NCBI RefSeq assembly: GCF_009914755.1
Contig: NC_060936.1
DNA: 64,000 nucleotides
Strand: one strand, 5' to 3'
Origin: the human T2T-CHM13v2.0 reference genome, Homo sapiens
Below the pieces are notes generated by a model that ran no database searches, was not told where the DNA came from, and saw only the letters and a list, made by a program, of their open reading frames with translations. Position numbers and translations under genes: made by a program. How positions within the stretch are numbered: the stretch's first letter is position 1; every line of letters begins with the position of its first letter. Below, in pieces: positions 1 to 12,149 of the stretch.

Positions 1-118
1 AACATAAAAGGAAGAAAGAGGGAGTGAGGGCGAGAGAATGGAGGGACGGGAGCCAAGATGTTGCGGGAGAGAAGGGTGGTGGGGCTCAGGCTGGGGAAGG
101 ACGGAGGCTGGCTTTGTC

Positions 119-167
119 CAATAATGATGGTGACAATGATGGTGATAATAATAATAATGATGGTAAT
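119..167. repeat. (AAT/GAT)n low-complexity trinucleotide repeat
   Basis: aataatgatggtgacaatgatggtgataataataataatgatggtaat. Confidence 0.75.
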
Positions 168-634
168 AGGCTGCAAGCTCTTGGTGCTGTCAGTGGAAAA
201 TGCCCCAATAGCTTAGGCTGAGCTGGTACTTTCTATTCTTGCCCAAACTCACGAATAGCGGTGGCTCTGGCCTCCGGCCTGGGGCCTCTGGAAGTGGGTG
301 GGGGTCTGGGCCAGGGGGTTCCACCCCAGGTAGGAGATCCAGCTTCCAACTCCCATCCTCACTCAAAGCTCAAAGAAGGTAGAAGGGTGGGAAAGGGCAG
401 GGAAGGGGAAAGGACCTTCCTTCAGCTGGGGTCGTTCCCTTTAAAGTTTCCCAAGCCCCACACTCAGTGACTTTGGCCGACACCTTACTGACCATCCTGG
501 TTGCAAAAATAGGTGAGAAATGTGTTCTTTCACCTGAGCCCAAAGCTGCCCAGAATAAAACCCAGGTTCTTTAGTAAGGAAGGCAGGGGAATGGATATTG
601 AGAAAGCAGTTAGCTGTCTCCACCTCAGGTACTT

Positions 635-820
635 AATAATGAACATTTATTGAGCATCTATTATGCTCTTTGACCCATGGCATTCTACATAATGCCTCAC
701 CTAGGAGAGAGGCAGTGTGATTATCCATTTTGCAGATGGGACAACTGAGGCTCAGAGAGGTAAACTGACTGCTCAAGGCCACACAGCACACATAGCACTC
801 AAACCTAGGTCTGTGGTCCG
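635..820 (-). mobile_element. MIR SINE
   Basis: Antisense MIR core ccattttgcagatgggacaactgaggctcagagagg and tail aacatttattgagc. Confidence 0.8.
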
Positions 821-1534
821 GTTTTCTGCTAGATTATCTTCCTTCACCCAAAGAGTCTCTCAATGAGGTCATCATCATGATATTCAGGAGCTGGGGTGTG
901 GCAGGACAAGAAAGTGGATTTTATAATTTCAGGAGGGAGAAGGGTAGGAGCAAGCTTGGAGGAGGTGTGGACTGAGGGCAGAGACACGGTGCCGATGAGG
1001 ACAACAGTGACAATAATATTTGCCAGTCACTTTCCCTTTTCACACTGTTTCCTGGCTATCATCTCAGTTGAAGTTTACAAATGCCTCTGGGTGAGCCAGG
1101 GAAGATTTTAGCAGCTCTGTTGAACAGGTGGGGAACAGAGCACCCACATCCTGAAGTGGAAAGGACAAGTCGAGCCCAGACCTGCATTAGTCCACCTGTT
1201 TCCTCCGCCTACAGGGTTTCCCCGTGCATTTTCTCCTCATTCTTCAAGGCCTGTTGGGATGCTCCTTCCTCCAGAAAGCCCTTCCCGTTTCCTCCTGGAC
1301 TTGTCCATACCTGGGGGAGTGCTAACCTGGGAAAAGGATTGCGCTTGCCTGGATGAGGAGAGTATGTCTCATTTCCCTCTATGTCCTCATGCCCAGCCCG
1401 GCCCACACAGCACTGGGCTTATAGGGGTGGAACAGACCACCTGCTCTGTCGTGACTTAGGGACAGGTCGTGGCTTTCTTTCCTGACTGCTGCCGGAACTA
1501 GACTTCCCAGGCACAAATCCCACCAGCAGAGTAA

Positions 1535-1700
1535 CCTTGGGCAAGTCTCTTCACTTAGCCAAGCCTCACGTTCCTCATCTGTCAACTGGGGACATAATTG
1601 TAGCTGCCTTGAGGGTGTGGTTGTTGTGAGGATAAGAGAGGACACTCGTGTTGAGTGTGAGTGTGGCACAAAGCTTGCACATAGTAAGTGCTCAATAAAC
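1535..1700 (+). mobile_element. MIR SINE
   Basis: ccttgggcaagt...ttcctcatctgtcaactgggg...catagtaagtgctcaataaa. Confidence 0.8.
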
Positions 1701-2029
1701 ACAACCTCTCCAATCCTTCCTGATCTCCACCGCTACGGGGGAAAAGACTGACCCCACCTCTCAATGCATTGTTTGGCTAATCAAGGCCACCTGAGTAACG
1801 TGCTCAGAGCGGAACCTGGCAGGCAGTAGGCGCTCCAAGCCCTGGGCTGCACAAGCCTATGGGTCTACACTGAAGAGATCCAGGCCTCATCGCATTGGCA
1901 TTTCGCTAACCCCTGGGCCTAGCTGGCACTTAAAAGCTGGAACAAATTCCATTAATTTGCTCCACTCCTAACCAATTGGATTCCATGGCTCTCCAAGCGC
2001 CAACTGTGTACAAGACCCAGTGTCTAAAG

Positions 2030-2690
<661 letters not shown>

Positions 2691-2749
2691 ACGAAAAAGA
2701 TTTTTTCACTGGGCCGTAAACCAGGTAGTTTTTTAAAAAATTAAAATTA

Positions 2750-3053
<304 letters not shown>

Positions 3054-3209
3054 TTAAAATTTTATATTTTTTAAGACAGCAAGTGATACCCTCCCTTCTA
3101 TAGCTAACATATCTATGTTGATATTTTAAGCTGTGGATCCAGCATGGTCTTTGAACTCACCCTGAATGGTTGGGTGATTTTCTTTTCTTTTCTTTTCTTT
3201 TTGTCCAGA

Positions 3210-3470
3210 GGACTGTGCTGCAGGGCCACATTTAAGAGAAACTGGGGCTTCCTTGTCACCCCAGAGTCTGAGTGCAGCGGCCGCCTCCTCTCTAGAGAAA
3301 AGGATATATAACGCTGAACGCTGTGAAATTTGCCGCTGTGAGAACAGCTAATTTTTCACACCCAGACGAACTGGCTGGGTTTGTTAAAGCCCAAGATAAT
3401 CAAATAATCATTATAACTCATCTTCGCCCCTCCTGTCTTTCGCTCTTTGTACCATTAATGTCCCAGTGGG
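3210..3470. promoter_or_regulatory. candidate enhancer / conserved non-coding element
   Basis: Repeat-free with retained CpGs; TGTGAGAA 3337, ATAATCA x2 3396-3410, CATTAATG 3453. Confidence 0.4.
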
Positions 3471-3639
3471 GAGCAGCACTGGGTTAGTTCAGACCTAGCC
3501 TATTTAGATAACCTTCTGGTTGGTCTTCTGAGAGCAAAATATCCCTCCTGGAGTATCTTACAACAAATGAACCAATCCTCTCTAATCTTCTTATCGTTGT
3601 AGCCTCTGCTCCAGGCCTGGTTATCTCTTGGGCTTGCAA

Positions 3640-3960
3640 AAGAGAGAAAGAGAGAGATTTATACATATATATTTATGGTGCATAGAAATTTATATAAATA
3701 TATGTATATGCATGAGATAACAAAAAGGGAGGTGCCAAGCCAGAGCCTAAGCTCTTTTCTGTCTCTCCCCAGTGAGGCAGCCGGGCTGCAGCGGGCCGGC
3801 CCCTCTCCCTGGTTAGGGAGGCGTGGAGAAGCCCCTCACCGGGGCAGCCTGCCCTCCCTCCACCTGCGGCAGTGGCCGGCTGGGCAGGGGAGAGCGAGAG
3901 GCTCTGCGGATAGGACCCGGGGTGGGGGCCTGTCCTGACCAGCGAGTGGCAGGGAGCAGC
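3640..3960. promoter_or_regulatory. candidate regulatory element (AT-rich core plus GC/CpG-rich flank)
   Basis: TTTATGG 3672, TTTATATAAA 3689, AGATAA 3715, then a CpG-containing GC-rich stretch. Confidence 0.35.
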
Positions 3961-4016
3961 ATCCAAGTGGCCGGCCCCCCTGGGGACCCACCTCACCTGT
4001 CACTGAGGTTGCCTAC

Positions 4017-4110
4017 CCTTCCTTCCTTCCTTCCTTCCTTCCTTCCTTCCTTCCTTCCTTCCTTCCTTCCTTCCTTCCTTCCTTCTCTCCTTCCTTCTCT
4101 CCTTCCTTCC
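4017..4110. repeat. (TTCC)n microsatellite
   Basis: Direct reading. Confidence 0.95.
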
Positions 4111-4136
4111 TCTCTCTTTTCTGTTTTGTAAAAATT

Positions 4137-4281
4137 TACTTTATTTTACTTTTTTGTTTTTTATAGAGTTTGGGGTCTCACTACATTGCCCAGGTGGGTC
4201 TCAAACTCCTGGGCTCAAGCAATTCTCCCTTCTCGGCATCCTAGAGTGCTGGAATTACAGGACGAGCCACCACGCCTGGCC
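4137..4281 (-). mobile_element. FLAM / Alu left monomer
   Basis: T-rich tail, ggggtctcactacattgcccagg...gagccaccacgcctggcc. Confidence 0.85.
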
Positions 4282-4287
4282 CTATGG

Positions 4288-4910
4288 TTTTTTTTTTTTT
4301 TTGCCCTCTCTAGTTCCTTCTCTCTCCTTCTCTGTCTTTTCTCTCTCTCTTCCCTCTATTTCGCTCTCTGTCTCATCCCCTCTCTGTCTCTCCTCTCTGT
4401 CTCTGTCTCTCTCTCTCCCTCTCTCCTGTTTTTCTTTCCTCGTCTCTCCCTCTCCCGCCTCTCTTTCTGTATGTCTCTCTCGTTCTCTCTCCTTTCTCCT
4501 AGTTTTTTCCCTCTGTCTGCCTCCATCTCAGTCTCTCTGCTCTTCCTGTCTCTCCCTCCTTCTCTGTGCCTTGATCCTAGTCTCTCTCTCATTTATTCTC
4601 TTCTCCTTCCCTTCATTCCTCTCTCTCTCCCCCTCCCGATTTTCCCTCCTTTTCTTCCCACCCCCTCTGACCAACTCCCCTGACTCCAGCATTCTCCTCT
4701 CTCTCCAGACCCTCCTCTGGTGTCCTCTGAGTCCCCCCTTTGCCCAGCCCCCCATCGCCATCATCCCTTCCAGAGCACCTGGCCCCTCCGGCCTCCCTCT
4801 GCCACCTCTCCCTGTGGCCACTCACACCCACGTTCTCTCCCTCACCTCCCTCCGCACCCCTTTCTCTCACTGTTCCCATCACTCTCACCTCTGTTCCTCC
4901 ATCAGCCTTA
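4288..4910. repeat. CT-rich low-complexity (polypyrimidine) tract
   Basis: About 620 bp strongly C/T-skewed on the + strand. Confidence 0.85.
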
Positions 4911-5225
4911 ATTTCTGATTAATAATGTTCTTAGCCAAGGAATGAGAGAGAGAGAGAGAGAGAGAGAAGGGTGGTGTTGGGAAATCTTCTAAATAAATCA
5001 TTTCGTTATGTGAAGAGCTAATCTGCAAGTGACGGTCGCTGTTTATCGAGTTTTTAGCAGTGCATGTTAAATAGTGATATGGAGGCTACATTTTAAAAAC
5101 CCCATCGGAGTGCTGGGAAGGGATTTTTAACTTCATTGCCCAGAAAGAAAAATGGTAAAGAAGAAGATAAGACTGCTTGGAAGCGTTGGCCCTGAACCGT
5201 TAGCAGGAGCAATTAGCAGGCTGGG
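4905..5225. promoter_or_regulatory. candidate enhancer / conserved non-coding element
   Basis: TGATTAAT 4916 and ATAAATCA 4993 (PBX-HOX type); repeat-free apart from (GA)n 4944-4967. Confidence 0.4.
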
Positions 5226-6184
5226 GCGGAGGGCGAGAGGCTGCCGGTCTGGCTGGCTGGTGGGGACCCAGGCCTCCCAACCCTCCCCTCCTCCAGCCCC
5301 AGATGCAGTCCCCTCTGCCGCCTCCACTGGAGTCATCCCTTTCTCTCCACCCACGTCTGTTTCATACCCAAGAGATTAAAACACAGGTCTTGAGTTGGGC
5401 TGGTGGCTTTCAAACACTGCTGCCACCACTAAGTGTGTCTGTTGGGCAGGAAACTTTGCCTCCTCGGGCCTCATTTTCCCCGTCTGGCTTCCTTGAACAG
5501 GAGTGCTTGAGATCCGAAGAGGGGGAAAAAGACTAGCTCTAATATACTAAAAGAAACTTCAGGAATCAAAATGGAGCATAATGTCCGAAACAAAATTACA
5601 AAATTCCTTCTTGATTGTTTTCACAGAAAATTGTCTTTAATGCAGGATATGGGTGCATTTTAGTGTATTGGATATGCTGGGACAGGCGACTTCCAAATAT
5701 GAGCATGCTTAGAACCCCTGGAGTTCTTAAAACAGTCCCAATGCTGCTTCTGGTAATAATAATAGAATAATAATGGTAATAACATCTGCTTCTCCTTTTT
5801 TGAGTGTGTGTCGTGCTAGGGACGATGATCTGTACTTTGCATATGCTATTTTATGTGATTTTAGCTTATTTCCTCATCTTTCTGCCTGTCCCCAGAAAGA
5901 TTAGATTGAGTTTTTATTGCCTCAGAGACCAGACCGAGACTGGGGTGTGAATTTACAAGGAGAGACTGACTGCGGCTCGAAATGAACCCATCTGTGAAGG
6001 GTGGACCTGGTGCTGGACTTTGAGGATGCTAAGCTGAGCAGGACCAGACCCAGAGCTTGAAATGCTCAACGGAGCTGCCCAGCAGTGGACTGACAAGCTT
6101 TGCAAGGTGGGGAGTCTCCCGTCGACTGGGGGCAATCAAGTTCAGATGCCCTAAAAGGAATTCCCGTCTTGAGGGTGAATGAGG

Positions 6185-6395
6185 ATTAGATTCTGGAGTT
6201 CGACTGACCTGGATTTGAATCCCAACTCTGCCAGTTGTGTGGCAAAGAAACTTAAGCCTGTTTACCTCAGTCTTGGCTATAAAATGGGTGTAGTTAAACC
6301 TCACAGGGAGAGTGAGTTCAAGGGCTAAAGAGAGTTTCTGCAAAAGGCAAATCATCTGCAAAAAGCACTGCTCAGTACACGGCAGTGATCATAAT
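6185..6395 (+). mobile_element. MIR SINE
   Basis: ctggatttgaatcccaactctgcca...ctataaaatggg. Confidence 0.7.
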
Positions 6396-6669
6396 TCTCT
6401 GTCTTTTTTCTTCTTGCCGACCTCCAATGAGCTAATGGAGGGGAAGGTAACCAAGACTGGCTCCAGCAGCTGATGTGGGTCTCTAACTCAGCTCCAGCCT
6501 CCCATTTGCCCAGTGATCATGCACCTGCTGGGCCTCAATTTCCTTATCTGTAAAATGGGGATGATTGCGTATCTATAAAGACTGTACTCACACAAAGGGA
6601 GAATAATCAGCAGGAGTAATATAAACAGTTACCATTAATAGTACAGGGGCCAGGGATTTGCAGATGCAC

Positions 6670-6810
6670 TTAAGTTAAGGGTACAAGCCCTGGGTTCAAG
6701 TTCCAGCACTGCCACTTACTAGCTGTGTGACCTTAGATAAATCACTTCACCTCTCTGTGCCTCCACATCTCATATATGAAATGTGCCTGCATCACCGGGC
6801 TGTACTGAGT
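6670..6810 (+). mobile_element. MIR SINE
   Basis: ctgggttcaagttccagcactgccacttactagctgtgtgacctt. Confidence 0.8.
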
Positions 6811-6847
6811 GTTTCAGTCTGGACTCCCTAGGTAGAGTTTTTGCTTT

Positions 6848-6945
6848 AGGAAGGCAGGGCTGAGGTCTTGGGTTTCTCTGTATCCCTTGAAGTAGAGGGC
6901 TGGAGACACAGGCTTAGTTAACAAAGTGTTTGTTGACTGACTGTT
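6848..6945 (+). mobile_element. L2 3' end
   Basis: gaaggcagggc...tctctgtatccc...aaagtgtttgttgactgactg. Confidence 0.6.
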
Positions 6946-7967
6946 TTATAAATATGCAAATAGCAACTCCAGCAAGAAGCTGTAACAGATGCTGTTGGTT
7001 GCCACACCTATCACTTGGCACATCCTGGACTGTTCAGATGACAGTTCCCAAAGACATTGATGGCATTCTACATCCAAACCTGCCTCTGCCCGAGGGCTTC
7101 CGATGGCCATAGCCATGTGCTTGGTCCCTACACAGGGTAGATGAGAAGTGCCTAGAAGTTAATTCCCCCAAGATCAACCTTCAATCAATGACCATGGGGG
7201 TTGGTGGACAAATGTCCCAGCTTCTGTGTCCTCAGAGCTGTGATCTTAGTGGCCTCCCAGGCACCCCCCTTGGGACTGAACCCAGCTGCCCACAGCAGTC
7301 ACTTGCTCATAAGTACATCTGGATTGGTTTCCTCTTCTTTCTTGTCTCAATTTGGGAAGAACCCAGCCTTCCCAGAATGGCTTACATTTGCATCCCACAG
7401 AGCCTCCTAAATTCACACATTGACAAAAATATGTTCTCACATTTTTGCATTGTCAACTCCTATCAGCACTCTGAAGAGATATCAGGTGTGCTGAGAACTT
7501 CTAAAAGGGTAGATCTGCTCCAGTCTAAGCGGCGAGGTGGCTTCTGCAAGGAGGAGATATTGAAAGAGATCTGAAGAATAAGAGTTTACAAGCGGGTGGG
7601 GTGAAGGGCATCCCAGGTAGGGGAATAGCCTGTGCAAAGGCCCTGCAGTGGAACAGCATGTTGAGTTTTTGGCAGAGAGTGAGGGCGGCATGTGCCCCCT
7701 AACTTACTGTGCGATCCAGGAAGTCACTTCACACCTCTGAGCCTCATTTTCTCTATCTGTCAAATGGCCCAAAGCTACCTACTCCTGCCCATAGCTTCTG
7801 CAAAACAGGATGTGGGAACTTGGAAGTTAAAAGTGATAAAAGTGACCTAAGGATGGACCCAGTAATAACAATTAATGTTTTCTTCTAATGGCCGGTGGTT
7901 GAGTAGCTACCATTGAGACACCAAGCAAGGCTGTGTTTGGTTCATAATGGTTTTCTCCAAAATTTTT

Positions 7968-8520
7968 GTCCTCATAGAGTGATCATTTAGTGGGGGAGAG
8001 TGTCAAAGAAACAAATACACAAATAGCTGCAAAGTATGATATATGCACTGATGAATTTTGTAAAGAAAAATGAAGCAGAAAAGACAGACAGTGTGGGAAA
8101 GGAGATGTGTTTTAGATAAGGCCTCAGAGAGCAGAGACTTGAAGCAAGTGGAGGAGACAACTGCAAATACCAGGTTCAGAGCAAGCCAGGCAGAGCTAAC
8201 AGGAGGTACAAAAGTCCTGAGGCGGGAGTGACTCATTGGAGAGACATAGCAAGGAGACTGGTGGGGCTGAGGCATAGTGAGCAAGATGGAGTGGGGGTGA
8301 TAGGAGCAGAGGTCAGAGAAGTCATGGAGATTCAGATCCCGCGGGGCTTTGTGAGACTAAGGTGGGATGTTTGGCTTTTAACCTGAGTGAGCAGGGATCC
8401 GGGGAAGGAGTCAGAGCTGTCGTGGATGACATCATGTGACTTATGTTTAAGGAGCATCCTGGCACTGTATGGAGAATGGCCCGGCAGAGGGCAAGGTTGG
8501 AGGCAGAAAGGCAATTGACG
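7968..8520 (-). mobile_element. L2 fragment
   Basis: gtcctcatagagtgatcatttagtggggg...gacttatgtttaaggagcatcctggcactgtatggagaatgg; a further L2 piece lies at about 7535-7670. Confidence 0.65.
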
Positions 8521-8619
8521 AGCCCCCTCCCTAGCCCACTTCCCAACTCAATGCATTGGACCTGTTCCCTACAGGGACATCCCTCCAATGTCCAATCCCT
8601 AGGCCGTGCCAGCCAGTGA

Positions 8620-8860
8620 GTGATGGGCTGCAAATGAGTGGGCAGGCAGGCACCTCTAATTTCCACAAGCGCCGTGGGTAAAGGCTGTGGCAACGTGCAA
8701 TTAAGCTCCGAGCTTTGAAAACATGGTAATAAGGGAATACGGGCCGAGGAGGCAGCCTGGTAATTTAAATGATATCCAGCTCGAATATGGAGTGTCTAAA
8801 TGTTCTCTTCCAGAGATTTATATCAGCATAGACCTGCCTTATTCATTTATTTAGTTAACT
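8620..8860. promoter_or_regulatory. candidate enhancer / conserved non-coding element
   Basis: Repeat-free; CAATTAA 8698, CTTTGAA 8713, TAATTTAAAT 8761; retained CpGs. Confidence 0.4.
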
Positions 8861-8974
8861 AGCTACTTATTGGTACATCCTCCCAGCCGCTCTCCAGTGG
8901 AAGAAACAGAGGTCTGGGTGGCTGCTGGGGGTGACACAGTGGAGGGCTGGTCATAGGGGGAATAACGACTGCAG

Positions 8975-9200
8975 TTATCATTGGTGTGTGTTGAAGGCCT
9001 ACTGTGTGCATGCTGAGGATCTAATGTGAGAACCAGAAGTGGTGTTTGCATGAGTTTATGAGATCCGCCTCATTGTGACATGAGGAAACCGAGGCACAAG
9101 GAGGAGAAATGACTTGTTCAAGTTCACACTGCTAGTGAATGATGTGCCTGGGATTCAACCCAGGTCTCCTATACCAAAGCTGCAGCTTTGCCCATGATCT
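8975..9200 (-). mobile_element. MIR SINE
   Basis: catgaggaaaccgaggcaca...gacttgttcaagttcacactgctagt...ggattcaacccagg. Confidence 0.7.
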
Positions 9201-9306
9201 AACATTGAATATCGGTTCCTTGATTCTTTGTCATTTTCTTGATATTGGTCCTGGCGTGTGTGGCTGTTTTCCGTCTAATGGTTGTGCAGCCATCAGAATT
9301 TATCCT

Positions 9307-9582
<276 letters not shown>

Positions 9583-9669
9583 TTAAATTATCTTGAGTGT
9601 ATCCTGTACATAAATCCATCACCCCATTCAGACTCTCCAACCTGAGTGGGACTTTATAAATCACATAGG

Positions 9670-10110
9670 CCAGGGCTCTCAATTTCAGGTACCTCCAAGG
9701 GTAGTAAGGCGAAGAAGATAACCTACAAGGGCTATACGCAAAAAAAAAAAAAAAAAAGTTTCTCAGTTTTGTTAGAGACACGAATATTAAAAATATGTCA
9801 CTTTCATCTTTACCAGAACAGTGGTGTAAGTGCAATGGTAAATGGAGCTAATGCTCCTCTTCAGTGCCTGAGATGTGATAGGGAGTGGTGGGGACTGTGG
9901 CATTCATGGGAGCAGCTGCAATTCAGCTCTGGCCAAATATTGCCCCCTGAAATATGGATCCAGAACTTTAAGTTATTGAAAGATGCTGGAAATCTAAAGT
10001 GGCATCATACAATTTCCTTTTAATTGTGGGATCAACTTGTTTAAAGACACTCCAAATAAAAATATATTTGCAGGCTGGAGTCTGCTCAGGGAGCCCTGTT
10101 TGAAACTTCT
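9670..10110 (-). mobile_element. MER102-type (hAT-Charlie) fossil
   Basis: Minus strand reads gccacagtccccaccactccctat...ccatttaccattgcactt. Confidence 0.6.
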
Positions 10111-11005
10111 TGTCCAGTCCAATGCCTGCATCTTGCAGATGAGATGGCTGAGGGCTGGAGAGGGTACGAGGCTCTGAAGGTTGCACAGGATCTGAGAGGT
10201 GGAGCCTGAAACTCGAAGCCAGGTAGCCTCACCCTGCATCAAACCTGCCCATTGCTCCTGGACCACTACAGCCAGGGAGCTTTTCCTCCTCTCTTCTCCT
10301 GTATCCCTGGTTCTCACCCACTCTTCCAGGCCCAGCTTATGTCCCTCTTCTGCCAGGAGGTCTGCCTGACCACCCCAACTTATTCCCCATGTCCAAACTC
10401 CTAAATCTGTTTTTCCCAAACTTCATTCATGACTTTCACTTTGCCCATACACTGCCTGTGCTATTATTTACTGAAATTTTTCTTTAAACGAACTCCTTTG
10501 AAAAAAAAAAAAAAAACCCAAACACATTATTTTAAAAGAAGACTTAGGATCAGTACTGTAGAGAGAATATCCCTTTGCCATAAAGAGAAAGTAATAGATA
10601 CACTAAATGCAGTGAAAACAAGTCAGTTAATGTTATTACATTCCAACAAGGCACAGTTTGGAAAAGGCTCAAAACCTGGGGCTTGTTCTCTCTTTGTTCA
10701 AAAAGGAGCTGAGCAAAAATATACCTACCCAATGACCAGAAATTCCACACTTGGATATACCCAGCCAAAATAAGGCCATCAAAAGACATGCACAAGAATA
10801 TTCATGGCAGCCTTATTCATAAGAGCATCAAAGTGGAAACTACCCAGATGTCCAGCAACAGGACAATGGGCAATAAACAGGGGTGTGTTCATTTGATGGA
10901 ATATTATGCAGCAATGAAAAAGAATGAACTGTGAGCACACTATAACATGGATAAATCTCACAGATATAATATTGAGTGGAAAAAGCAGATCCAAAAGGTA
11001 CGGAC

Positions 11006-11430
11006 ATGTCTATCCACTGATGAATGGGTAAATAAAATGTGGCTTATTCATGCAATGGAATACTAGTCAGCCACATGAAGGAATGAGCTACTGATACCTG
11101 CTGTCACCTGGATGGACCTTGAAAACACCATGTTAAGTGAAAGAAGCCAGATGCAAAAGGTCACATATGTATAATTTTATTTACATGAAACGTCTAGAAC
11201 AGGTAAAGCCATAGAGACAGAAAGCAGATTGGTGGTTTCCAGGGGCGGGGAAGAATGGGGGAGATTGAGGAGTGTTGGCTGAAAGATTCTTTCTGAGGTG
11301 ATAAAATATTCCAAAATGGATTGTGGTGGTGGCTCTACAACCTTGTAAATATATGAAAAGCCATTGAGTTGTACACTTGAAATGGGTGAATTGTGCAGTG
11401 TGTAAATTATATCTCAATAAACTATTTAAG
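11006..11430 (+). mobile_element. L1MB 3' end
   Basis: gatgaatgggtaaataaaatgtgg...ccatagagacagaaagcagattggtgg...aaattatatctcaataaa. Confidence 0.8.
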
Positions 11431-11487
11431 GGAAGGGTCCATATTATATGATTCCATTTGACTGAAGTTCAAAAGTAGGCAAAACTA

Positions 11488-11614
11488 GCTGAGTGCAGTG
11501 ACTCACACCTGTAATCCCAGCACTTTGGGAGGTTGAGGTGGGAGGACCGCCTGAGCCCAGGAGGTTGAGGCTGCAGTGAGCTGACATTGCACCAGTGCAT
11601 TCCAGCCTGGGCAA

Positions 11615-11663
<49 letters not shown>
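11488..11663 (+). mobile_element. Alu monomer (left/right chimera or FRAM-like) with (AAT)n tail
   Basis: 12-bp TSD taggcaaaacta at 11476-11487 and 11664-11675. Confidence 0.88.
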
Positions 11664-11665
<2 letters not shown>

Positions 11666-12149
11666 GGCAAAACTAATCTTAGGTGAATAGAAGTCAGACT
11701 AGCGGGTATGCTTGGAGAGGGTATTGACTGGGAGGGCATGTGAGGGCCCCCTGGGGGCCATTGGGATTCTACTATCTTGATGTAAACATCACTTTGGTGG
11801 TGGAAATGTAAAAAGTTATTGAGCTATACATGAAAGCTTTGTGTACACTTTCATGTATTTAAGTTACACCTCATTTTTTTTTTAATGGAGACAACGAGAA
11901 GGTGTTAGAGATGGGGCAGCACCAAAATGAGCCTTTCTCAGTGATGGCATTAGAAGGACCAAGGAGAATTGAAAAGGAGTGACTTTCTCCCTCTGTTGCT
12001 CAACATTAGCTAATGCCCTTTCTCTGCACCACCTAAAACTACCTTTAGTACCACAGAGGAGAGTTCCTGCCTTCCATTCTTAGAATAGTTCCATGGGAAT
12101 AATCCTGAGCCAAGGGTTCTTCACTTCTCATCTCATTAGAAACACACCC

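Larger units (their letters stand above)
10719..11875 (+). mobile_element. L1ME 3' end split by L1MB and an Alu monomer
   Basis: aattccacacttggatatacc...atggataaatctcacagatataatattgagtg // taggcaaaactaatc...gaagtcagactagcgg. Confidence 0.7.
10407..12055 (+). mobile_element. MER113-type (hAT-Charlie) fossil split in two (about 10407-10718 and 11895-12055)
   Basis: tttcccaaactt...tattatttactgaaatt...ctctctttgttcaaaaagg // agaattgaaaagg...caccacctaaaa...gtacca. Confidence 0.6.

Noticed and set aside
3180-3209. Splice acceptor after (TTTTC)n
   Set aside because: The pyrimidine tract is a microsatellite and no matching donor or exon could be supported
4154-4918. 254-aa ORF
   Set aside because: Antisense FLAM plus CT-rich low complexity; a Leu/Ser/Pro-rich artefact of stop-poor sequence
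5530-5740. Possible old hAT-type DNA transposon fossil
   Set aside because: Only vague resemblance; I could not assign a family or termini
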